Part shown: positions 17,701 to 24,000 of the stretch, piece after piece | Numbering within the stretch: the stretch's first letter is position 1 | Layout: each line of letters starts with the position of its first letter | From: Salinivirgaceae bacterium | Lineage (GTDB): Bacteria; Bacteroidota; Bacteroidia; Bacteroidales; SZUA-534 | Reading direction: 5' to 3' | NCBI GenBank assembly: GCA_017557785.1 | Contig: JAFYYA010000087.1 | Span: 1 to 24,000 of the forward strand | DNA length: 24,000 nucleotides | Program-made: the position numbers and the translations under genes | The notes under the pieces: model-generated | What the model saw: the letters and a program-made list of their open reading frames with translations, nothing else | The model's database searches: none | What the model was told of the DNA's origin: nothing

Positions 17701-20700
17701 TGAAATCGGTGAGTCTCAACTCGTTAACCCAAATCTCAGCCGATTTTGCCTGTCCGTCATCGGCATTGGTGAACACGTTGTCTTTCTGCAGCGGGTTGCG
17801 CACGCCAATCATCAGCGATTTCACAATGGCAATGTTCGGGTTACCCATCACGGTAATCTTGCGTTTGGTGCGGCCGCTGCCCGTTGTCACCACGTAGGGC
17901 ATGGTCTGCGACACCGACGGATTGCCCGATTTTATCTCAGCGTTGCGCTCAAGTTTGGCATCAACCAACTCGCTGAAAATAATTTCCATGCTGTTATCGT
18001 CAGGCCAAACCAGACGGCGGTTGTCATTATTGTCGGGGTACGGGCGCGATGTCCACCACGGTGTAACCTTCAGCGGCACCTCATACTCGTAGTAGTTTTC
18101 GGTGTAATCCTGTCCGATGCGGATGAAGCAGGTAATCTCGTCGTCACTCAGCGATGACTCGTCGTCCACAGCCTCAGCATGGATGAACATCTTGAGTTTC
18201 TCATAGTTACGCATGTCAAGGTTTATCGTCTTGTAAACGGCTTTCGAGTAGCCGTCGCCCAAACCAGTCACCTTCATGGTCATACTCTGCTCGTTGAGTT
18301 CCACAAGTTGTGTCTGCGACGGGTCCTGCTCGCGTGTCACGCCCACTGGCAGCAGGTAGTTCACGGGTGCGCGGCTGCCGTTTTCCTCAATGTTCACCGT
18401 CGAAATGCTGAACGACGCAGCCGACTCGTCGTTGTTCTCGTTGTTCGACAGAAGCGCCTCGTTGCCAGCCTTCAGGTCGTAGTCGTAGGTGAACCAGTCG
18501 CCCTTCACAAGGTCGAGAGTGGCAAAACGCAGAACCACCTTCTGCTGCCATCCATGAAGGAACATACGCATAAAGCGGATTGATGTAAAGTCTTCGATAT
18601 CACCTACTTGCTGGCGTGCGCGTGAGTTCAGCGGAATGCGGAACAGATACCATTTCACAGCCTTGCGCTCGCCGCTCGGCAGCGAGTTGGTCACGTTGCG
18701 CTCGTCAACAATGTAGTTTGAGCCAACCATCATGTTGTCGCGGTTCAGGTCGACGCGGTACTGGAAGTACGACTCGCCCTCACTCAGCGTGTAATCGCCG
18801 TTGATATCCTCAACATCAGGCTTCGATGTGGCGTAGGTGGATGTGGCGCCAGTGCTCACAGGCGAGTTGCCCTCAGGGTTGTTGTAGTTCATGTAGCGGT
18901 CAACAATTCCGTAGCCTGCCTCGTCGTAATCGCCACCCTTAAAATAGTGATAATCATCGCCCGAAGGGTCGGCACGGAACTCGCGGAAGACATCGGGGTC
19001 CAAAACACCTTCAAGTCGGTCGAGATAGGTTGAGAAGAACACCTGCTCGTCCGACGGCCCGCCGCTGAACGATGAACTGCTCAGTCCGTCGAGACCCACA
19101 TCCTGATAGCGGCGCTGGCTCTCTTCGTTCACAAAACTGATGTTGCTCTTCTGCACGGCAGGCACGCGTCCCCACGCCGTCTCGTCATACTCTGCGGGGT
19201 CGGGCGGATAGTTGGTCGGAAGGCCGTTCTCGTAACTCTTGCGGCTGTCTTTCAGCACATCTTCCGATATGTTACCGAAGTTGAAATAGAGTTGGCCGCC
19301 AGGGTTGAGCGAGTCTTCCTCAACAAACGGGTCCATCATCCAGAATTCAAGGTATTCGATGTTCGATGTCTCGAAGTTTTTGGTGGTTGTCTCGCGCATG
19401 ATGCCGCCCCACTTGTCCTGCGGATTGCGGAAGTGGCCCGTGCGGTCGTAGTCGTCGGTGCTGTAGTTGTATGGTCCGCGGATGGTCGGGTCGAATGCCA
19501 CATCAAAGGTTGTCAGATAGATGGCGTCGCCCGATGACTGGTCGCGGTTGGGATAGATGTTCAGTTCGGGCACGCGGTAGGCGTTCAGCCGCGACTGCTC
19601 AGCCTTCGACACTGGCGAACTGGCCTGGAACATCAGCGGGTCAATCTTGTACCACGCAATTTTGGCGCGGTTGTAGCCCGCCTCAATGTTGTTGAAAAGG
19701 TCGGCCTCGCGGAAAATATTGCCTTGCGGGATGCTGGCCAGAGTCCAGGCCTCGCGGTTGGTCATGTCGTAACTCGACTCGCTGCTCTCAAAGTCATCAA
19801 TGTAAACCTCGCCCGACTTGCCTACAGCCCTGCGGTTGTGGCCAGGCACCAGTTGCGCGTACTCGCCCTGCAGCGACATTGTCGATTTCTCTTTCGTCTC
19901 GATAAGTGGCAGCCAGTCAAGGAATTTGGTGAGCAGCGGCAACTCAACTTCATACGAGCCGTTCAGGCCCCAGATGGTGTTCGAGATGGGGTCCTCGCCC
20001 ACGTTCACCTTTGTGGTGGTGGGCTTCTCGTTCAGGTGCATCACTGTGGCACCCAGATTGAAGCGGTCGCTGAAGCGATAGTCCAAATGCGTGCCCAGCA
20101 GCGTTTTTTCCATCAGGCTGAACGTTGAGTTGCTCTCGAGCGACACCTTGATTGGCGTGCCCGAAACCAGATAACTCTCGTTGATGATTTTCACGCGGCC
20201 CATGCTGTAATCAACCGTGTAATCGACATTCTCTGTGAGTGTTATGCCGCCAGCAGTCACCACCACCGAGCCTTGCGGAATGTTGAACGAGTTGAGCGAA
20301 ATTTCCGACCCGCCCGCCGATTTGTACGAGCCGTGCAGGTAGAATTTGCTCTTCGATGTCATCTGCAGAGCCTTGTATTGCGTTGAGTCGTAAAGTTCCT
20401 GGAAAACAAAGTCTTTCGATTGAAGGTCGCCGCCCAGAGTGTCGTGCAAGTGGCCACCAAAAGGCTCAACTACAGGAAAATAGACACGACCGTTGGTGGT
20501 GTTCACCGTCACGCCAGGAATAAAGTCGAAATAGCCGTTGCCGCCCTCAACGTAGTCGTTTTTGTTGTTCAAGTTGTCCAAACCCATCAGGTTCAGCAGT
20601 TTGGTGTTCTTGATTTCCTCGCTCAGAAAGGCGTTCGAGAGTTTCCGCACCCTCGATTTGTTGTTGTAATATTCAACCTCGAGCACAAAGTCGTTAGAGT

Positions 20701-22258
20701 TCAACTGATAGGCGTCGAGCGAATAAACGTTCTTCATCATCAGGTCCCAGTTGGGATATTTTGGCGTGAAGTTGCTACCCTTCAACAGTTTGACAATCAG
20801 GTTGTCGGGGTTGGTGATACCGTCGCTTGTGAACTCACCCACCTTGTAACTGACACCGTCGACGGTGTACTCGAAGGCCACGGCCAAAATCTCGTCGCCG
20901 TTCAGAGCCGAGTTCAGCGTGATGTAGCCCAACTGCGTGTTCACCGTGTACTCGTTGCTGTTCAGTTTGCGGGCGTACTCAACCTTCTCGTAGTCGCGGG
21001 CGCCAGCCAGACCTTCGTCGGCCAGAGCCTTTGTCACCTGGTCGATATTACGCACGTTGGGCACGCCCAGAATCTGCCTGTAGAGAGTGTTGGCGTTGTT
21101 GTCGGGCGCGCTGTTGCCCATGAAGCCGATATTCGGATTCAGCACGGCGCGGTCCTTGCGGTTGTACATCTGATATTCCTCGCGTTCCTCGCCCAAATCC
21201 ATGAAAGCCACAATGTTATGCGCGTTTTCGGTCGAGCGTTTGGTGTTGGTCACCCACACCTCAACCTTCGTAATCTGCACGCTTGTAACAATCAGCGGCA
21301 ACTGCTTTAGAGCCCTGTCGTACTGCGAGCGGAAGAAGTGCGAAAGGAAGAAGTGGCGGTTCTTGTCGTAATCCACAGCCGACACATCGAACTGGCTCAC
21401 CTGCGCACCGCCTTGCGTGGTGATGGTCTTCGACTCTCCTTTCTGTTGCGAGATGACCGTGGACACGTATAACTTGCCGAATTTCAGTTCGGTGAGCACG
21501 CCAAATAGACTCTGGCTGCCCGTGATGAGCGATGTCGAAAGCGGCAGCGACACGTTTCCAGCCTCAATCTTCTGGATGATGTCGTCCTCTTTGCCCTGAA
21601 ATTTCAGGTTGATGGTATTGTCGAAATCGAACTGTGACTCAGTGTCGTAACTGATTTTCATCTCAAGATTGTCGCCGATTTTTCCAGCCACGCTCATCTG
21701 AATGTTCTCTTTGAAGTCGAAAATGGTCTGGCGCCTGAGCGATTGCGCGATATTGGGGTTTTCAGTGTTGGTGATTTTCAAGCCGAATTTGAGCGAAGCC
21801 GTTCCCTGCGGCTTGATGTCGATGACATTGCTGCCGAAAATGGTCTCAAACAGTTCATTATCAACGTTGAACTTTGTGAGCGAGCCGCCCTGGCGCTCGA
21901 AACTCTCGTTGCGGTAGCGCTGGCGCCAATAGTTTTTCAGCGAGTTGTTCACGTCGTAGTCGCCATACTCTTCGCGCGACATTGTGAACGGCGGTCTCAC
22001 ATCAACGCCGCCAACCTTCTGGTGGATGATGTACTGGTCGGTCTCGTCGTCATACTCAACCTCGTTGGTGAAGTTCGACGGGTCTTTCAGCCCGATGTTC
22101 GATGCGGGGCGCACGGGCTCATACGGCGTACGCGGCGGCCTGGCAATGCGGTAGCGCGGCGCGGCCGTGTCGCCTGTCTGCTGCGCACTCACATTAGCGG
22201 CAAGCATAAAAAATACCGCTATCAACGCACACAACTTTGTTCCGTACATCGACCTCAT
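14723..22258 (-). CDS. sprA: T9SS outer-membrane translocon SprA/Sov
   Basis: A continuous 2511-aa ORF with the signal peptide ...ALIAVFFMLAANVSAQQ. Its giant size matches SprA/Sov (about 2400-2500 aa). The C-terminus is barrel-like (TAEFGFELKFSLSKL). ruvA lies immediately upstream, as with sov in P. gingivalis as I recall. The start may instead be Met4 (22249), because a near-consensus TAGTTTTT lies only 4 nt from the first ATG. Confidence 0.92.
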   Translation of the reverse strand: MRSMYGTKLCALIAVFFMLAANVSAQQTGDTAAPRYRIARPPRTPYEPVRPASNIGLKDPSNFTNEVEYDDETDQYIIHQKVGGVDVRPPFTMSREEYGDYDVNNSLKNYWRQRYRNESFERQGGSLTKFNVDNELFETIFGSNVIDIKPQGTASLKFGLKITNTENPNIAQSLRRQTIFDFKENIQMSVAGKIGDNLEMKISYDTESQFDFDNTINLKFQGKEDDIIQKIEAGNVSLPLSTSLITGSQSLFGVLTELKFGKLYVSTVISQQKGESKTITTQGGAQVSQFDVSAVDYDKNRHFFLSHFFRSQYDRALKQLPLIVTSVQITKVEVWVTNTKRSTENAHNIVAFMDLGEEREEYQMYNRKDRAVLNPNIGFMGNSAPDNNANTLYRQILGVPNVRNIDQVTKALADEGLAGARDYEKVEYARKLNSNEYTVNTQLGYITLNSALNGDEILAVAFEYTVDGVSYKVGEFTSDGITNPDNLIVKLLKGSNFTPKYPNWDLMMKNVYSLDAYQLNSNDFVLEVEYYNNKSRVRKLSNAFLSEEIKNTKLLNLMGLDNLNNKNDYVEGGNGYFDFIPGVTVNTTNGRVYFPVVEPFGGHLHDTLGGDLQSKDFVFQELYDSTQYKALQMTSKSKFYLHGSYKSAGGSEISLNSFNIPQGSVVVTAGGITLTENVDYTVDYSMGRVKIINESYLVSGTPIKVSLESNSTFSLMEKTLLGTHLDYRFSDRFNLGATVMHLNEKPTTTKVNVGEDPISNTIWGLNGSYEVELPLLTKFLDWLPLIETKEKSTMSLQGEYAQLVPGHNRRAVGKSGEVYIDDFESSESSYDMTNREAWTLASIPQGNIFREADLFNNIEAGYNRAKIAWYKIDPLMFQASSPVSKAEQSRLNAYRVPELNIYPNRDQSSGDAIYLTTFDVAFDPTIRGPYNYSTDDYDRTGHFRNPQDKWGGIMRETTTKNFETSNIEYLEFWMMDPFVEEDSLNPGGQLYFNFGNISEDVLKDSRKSYENGLPTNYPPDPAEYDETAWGRVPAVQKSNISFVNEESQRRYQDVGLDGLSSSSFSGGPSDEQVFFSTYLDRLEGVLDPDVFREFRADPSGDDYHYFKGGDYDEAGYGIVDRYMNYNNPEGNSPVSTGATSTYATSKPDVEDINGDYTLSEGESYFQYRVDLNRDNMMVGSNYIVDERNVTNSLPSGERKAVKWYLFRIPLNSRARQQVGDIEDFTSIRFMRMFLHGWQQKVVLRFATLDLVKGDWFTYDYDLKAGNEALLSNNENNDESAASFSISTVNIEENGSRAPVNYLLPVGVTREQDPSQTQLVELNEQSMTMKVTGLGDGYSKAVYKTINLDMRNYEKLKMFIHAEAVDDESSLSDDEITCFIRIGQDYTENYYEYEVPLKVTPWWTSRPYPDNNDNRRLVWPDDNSMEIIFSELVDAKLERNAEIKSGNPSVSQTMPYVVTTGSGRTKRKITVMGNPNIAIVKSLMIGVRNPLQKDNVFTNADDGQAKSAEIWVNELRLTDFNESGGWAAQGAVNIKMADLGNVNVAGSTTQAGFGSIEQSTSERSMEQTNSVDVAANIELGKLFPKDANVRIPMFMSYSRTAVNPEYNPFDPDVKIKEGTKGMSRSERKEYMDGVQDLTERRSISFTNVGIGQRSKKKQTSKADEENMTERQKKRKAKKSKNSNKTHFYSPSNLSASYAYVEEKHSDYSVKYDNTTTHRGSLNYTFNNQPKAIEPFKKSKLLKKPYLRIVGDMNFYLAPAQIAWRTGIKREYNETKLRNISMGMTSGGEEYTPTCDKSFDWEREFSIKYNLSKGIKFTWMMNTMTIIEEPAGLIDKTNRTEYEQFKKDVWESIMEGGLAKEHNQKFTASYTVPINKIPLLNWTSLTARYASTYQWDRGPEVKDSSLFTGNTIGNTNQININAQGNLENLYKKLKPLDELTKKYKQTRDKRLAQKTETVKATKEGFKAKKGTAKVVSHNLRTSDDIVVKVTVGGKEVKSSFTVLNDNRVKVTVDEDVEDAEVTVTGKRLTHDSPARRVMEGVGLAVIGFKNVSFAYTESNAMTLEGYTPNYSFAELRKTPGLAFIFGYQDTAFAEREARRGHLIDNINLIQPFLTSNQRRVDIKATYQPVKALKIDFTGQRTITKKTSEYYLMGNYDAKHDQYDVYRSTRMESGAYNVTVWTLNTAFGDRPTEKNTQSKAFEEYRRNLHKFAWEQANMRRGHEPDYFPAYEPVGESDTTMPAGYSISNPDIAVPAFLAAYTGRNNGQDFTTWKNFRPGWKVKWDGLTAYKPISKKVKNVSLSHGYQSTFSVGSFMSSKGYNYEQARMPEYGNMSWSVAEVGDGMMFVPYYDITSFSITEAFTPLFGVDVTWLNSLSSRFEYKRSRTMTMNLTNSQMLELYKREYVVGAGYRIQDLVLPFKNRQGEQFVSDCNLRADFTVSDNITVTRDLLLRNDEITSGQLGLSMNLSAEYELNDKVTLRFYYDYDLMSPKTTNSYKNTTAEFGFELKFSLSKL

Positions 22259-22345
22259 CTGAAAAAACTATATGGGACCCTTAGTTGCTTCCCCATTCGT
22301 GACTCTTTTCAATAGGACGGCCGCATCTGCCTGCCGTCCAATGTT

Positions 22346-22927
22346 TTATATGGATTTTAAGGCTTTCTTCACCATATCCTCAACCTTCATCGTCGGGTCT
22401 TCCTTAAGCAACTTGTCGAGCAGTTTCTCGACAAGGTTCTTCTGGAAACCCAAAGCGACTAAAGCAGATAACGCTTCTTCGCGGTTTGTATTGCTTTGAG
22501 CGAACAAAAAATCAGTGTTTGCTTCGGTCTTTCCGATTTTGTCCTTCAAATCGACAATCACTCTTTCGGCCGTCTTCAGTCCCACGCCCTTCACCCCTTT
22601 GATGATGTTGACGTTGCCCGTGAGCACAGCGTCGCGTAACTCGCTGGCACTCAGCGATGAGAGAATCATCCGTGCCGTGCCTGCCCCCACACCCGAAACG
22701 GTGAGCAACAACCGGAACACCTCGCGCTCTGTTTTCGATGCGAATCCGTAGAAAAGTTGAGCGTCCTCTCGCACAATGTGATGCAGGAAAATAATGGCCT
22801 GTTCCTTGCCCGAAAGAGCAGTGTATGTGTTAAGCGAAATGAGAATCATATAACCGATGCCGCCATTGTCGATGACAACATACGTCGGTGTCAGTTCCGC
22901 AATCCGCCCCTGAATGTATTCGTACAT
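22346..22927 (-). CDS. ruvA: Holliday junction branch migration complex subunit RuvA
   Basis: 193 aa. MYEYIQGRIAELTPTYVVIDNGGIGYMI..., the helix-hairpin-helix region LLTVSGVGAGTARMILS ... IKGVKGVGLKTAERVIVDLKDK, and C-terminal domain III EEALSALVALGF. Confidence 0.93.
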   Translation of the reverse strand: MYEYIQGRIAELTPTYVVIDNGGIGYMILISLNTYTALSGKEQAIIFLHHIVREDAQLFYGFASKTEREVFRLLLTVSGVGAGTARMILSSLSASELRDAVLTGNVNIIKGVKGVGLKTAERVIVDLKDKIGKTEANTDFLFAQSNTNREEALSALVALGFQKNLVEKLLDKLLKEDPTMKVEDMVKKALKSI

Positions 22928-22956
22928 TGTAAATCAGCGTTTTGAGATTAAACGTG

Positions 22957-22964
22957 CAAAGGTA
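22957..22964 (-). promoter_or_regulatory. Candidate Bacteroidota -7 promoter element upstream of ruvA
   Basis: The minus strand reads TACCTTTG, an exact TAnnTTTG match, ending 29 nt upstream of the ruvA ATG in the 126-bp divergent spacer. Confidence 0.4.
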
Positions 22965-23053
22965 GAAAAATTTGGGAATTAGGCCTTTGAAGGGCCGAAA
23001 ACTCGCTTCAACTTTCGATTGTCAGATTCACATCTTTCGTTTATCTTTCCCAC

Positions 23054-23677
23054 ATGATTGAACCGAAATTCGATACCACCTTTTTCGAACGCTACGCCAT
23101 GATAGCGCTGCAAACCATACTGGGCGACAAATACGCGTGTCTGGTCAACTCTGACCGCCCCGACCTGCAGGATATTGAGCACAGCCTGGGCGTTGAAGTG
23201 ACGCGCTCAATGAAGGAAAACAAAACCGAAGCCGAGATGCTGGTGAACGAGTTGGCCGGCGACAACATCTTCTGCATCGACGAGTCCGACTTGCACGACA
23301 TCGAACTCTACGGCTATGCCTTCGGTTTGAATTACGGACATTATATGGGCGAACTCGAGAAACGGTACTGGTCGCTGGCGCAGCCGCTCAAGCGAATCAT
23401 CAAAAGTAAGGTTCACAAGGTGGCCGACGGGTTCTACGGCAATTTCAACCAGTTTGAACTCTTCATCTTCACCAAAGACGACCTTACGCGCCACGAAGTG
23501 CAACTCACGGTTTATTATATGACCGAACTGCAGAACTCAAACGCCATACGCTACTCGAAACTGCACATTGCCCAAACCGACAAACTCTATGTTTGCGACT
23601 TGAAAACACAAACAGTCGAAGAACACGCCCTCTGCAAAGAGCAGTGCCGCGCATTCTACAAAAAAGCGGTGGAATGA
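23054..23677 (+). CDS. Orphan hypothetical protein (207 aa), possible restriction-endonuclease-like fold
   Basis: A clean ORF with host-like GC, divergent from ruvA and ending 5 nt from the glnS stop. I recognise no family. E12 ... R35-P36-D37 ... E48-V49-T50-R51 loosely resembles a PD-(D/E)xK layout, but the Lys is absent. Confidence 0.5.
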   Translation: MIEPKFDTTFFERYAMIALQTILGDKYACLVNSDRPDLQDIEHSLGVEVTRSMKENKTEAEMLVNELAGDNIFCIDESDLHDIELYGYAFGLNYGHYMGELEKRYWSLAQPLKRIIKSKVHKVADGFYGNFNQFELFIFTKDDLTRHEVQLTVYYMTELQNSNAIRYSKLHIAQTDKLYVCDLKTQTVEEHALCKEQCRAFYKKAVE

Positions 23678-23682
23678 ATTCC

Positions 23683-24000
23683 TTACTTTTTCTGCTCCTT
23701 CGCCCAGCTGTCTTTCAGACCGACGGTGCGGTTGAACACCAGATGGTCGGTTGTTGAGTCAGGGTCGACATTGAAGTAGCCGATGCGTTGGAATTGGAAG
23801 TGATCCAATGGTTTGGCGTTGGCCACAAACTTCTCAATAAAGCAGTTCTTGAGCACCTGCAGCGAGTCGGGATTGATGATTTCCTTCATTGCATCCAGAG
23901 CCTCGCAATTGCGGGCCTCGCGGATGGCGGCCATCTCGTCGCGCGGGTTCTCCACCTTCCACAGACGGTCGTACAGACGCACTTCAGCAGGCAGGCAGTG
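23683..24000 (-). CDS. glnS: Glutamine--tRNA ligase, C-terminal part (5' end lies outside the window)
   Basis: The ORF is open to the window edge. RLYDRLWKVENPRDE...FQFQRIGYFNVDPDST...LVFNRTVGLKDSW is the conserved GlnRS C-terminal anticodon-binding region. Confidence 0.88.
   Translation of the reverse strand, partial: HCLPAEVRLYDRLWKVENPRDEMAAIREARNCEALDAMKEIINPDSLQVLKNCFIEKFVANAKPLDHFQFQRIGYFNVDPDSTTDHLVFNRTVGLKDSWAKEQKK

Noticed and set aside
15788-22315. Many long + strand ORFs inside the sprA region, e.g. 20420-21310 (296 aa), 21743-22315 (190 aa), 17588-18157 (189 aa) and 15788-16270 (160 aa)
   Set aside because: They lie antisense to an uninterrupted 2511-aa ORF that is clearly SprA-like. 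Their translations are low-complexity (V/R/H/A/L-rich) and typical of shadow frames in GC-rich coding DNA. No independent start context or motif supports them.
22315-22339. Hairpin ggacggc-(11 nt)-gccgtcc just downstream of ruvA, considered as a ruvA terminator
   Set aside because: On the - strand it is followed by tattgaaaag rather than a U-tract, and the stem is only 7 bp. It is more likely a weak structure within a ruvA-sprA transcript than an intrinsic terminator.
1-24000. Scan for CRISPR arrays, tRNA/rRNA genes, transposases, integrases and long inverted repeats
   Set aside because: None seen. All intergenic gaps are at most about 165 bp and contain no tRNA-like or repeat-spacer structure. 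No ORF shows DDE, tyrosine or serine recombinase motifs that I could recognise.

Overview
This is a chromosomal segment from a Bacteroidota genome. The assignment rests on type IX secretion (T9SS)/gliding genes, two exact TAnnTTTG -7 promoter motifs, and A/T-rich rather than Shine-Dalgarno start contexts. Order of features: 3' end of topA; an arginase-fold protein overlapping the topA stop (ATGA); the T9SS core operon porP-gldK-gldL-gldM-gldN (+ strand), closed by a strong intrinsic terminator; then a co-directional block bounded by two terminators, made of a DUF262 (ParB-like, GmrSD N-terminal type) protein, an ATGA-coupled lipoprotein, ComM/YifB, and a very AT-rich 154-aa membrane protein bracketed by 27-bp imperfect direct repeats. 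On the - strand follow trxA, trmD, a PorV/PorQ-family barrel, the 2511-aa SprA/Sov translocon and ruvA. The window ends with an orphan 207-aa ORF and the 3' end of glnS. I saw no rRNA, tRNA, CRISPR array, transposase or integrase. Most of the window is known biology (T9SS plus housekeeping). There are four candidates for something undescribed, all unproven: (1) the repeat-flanked AT-rich cassette at the comM 3' end; (2) the nuclease-less DUF262 protein coupled to an exported lipoprotein; (3) the arginase-fold protein with degenerate metal-ligand motifs between topA and the T9SS operon; (4) the orphan ORF between ruvA and glnS. Base composition is strongly mosaic: the gld block is GC-poor, sprA is GC-rich, and the cassette is about 27-30% GC on hand-counted lines.
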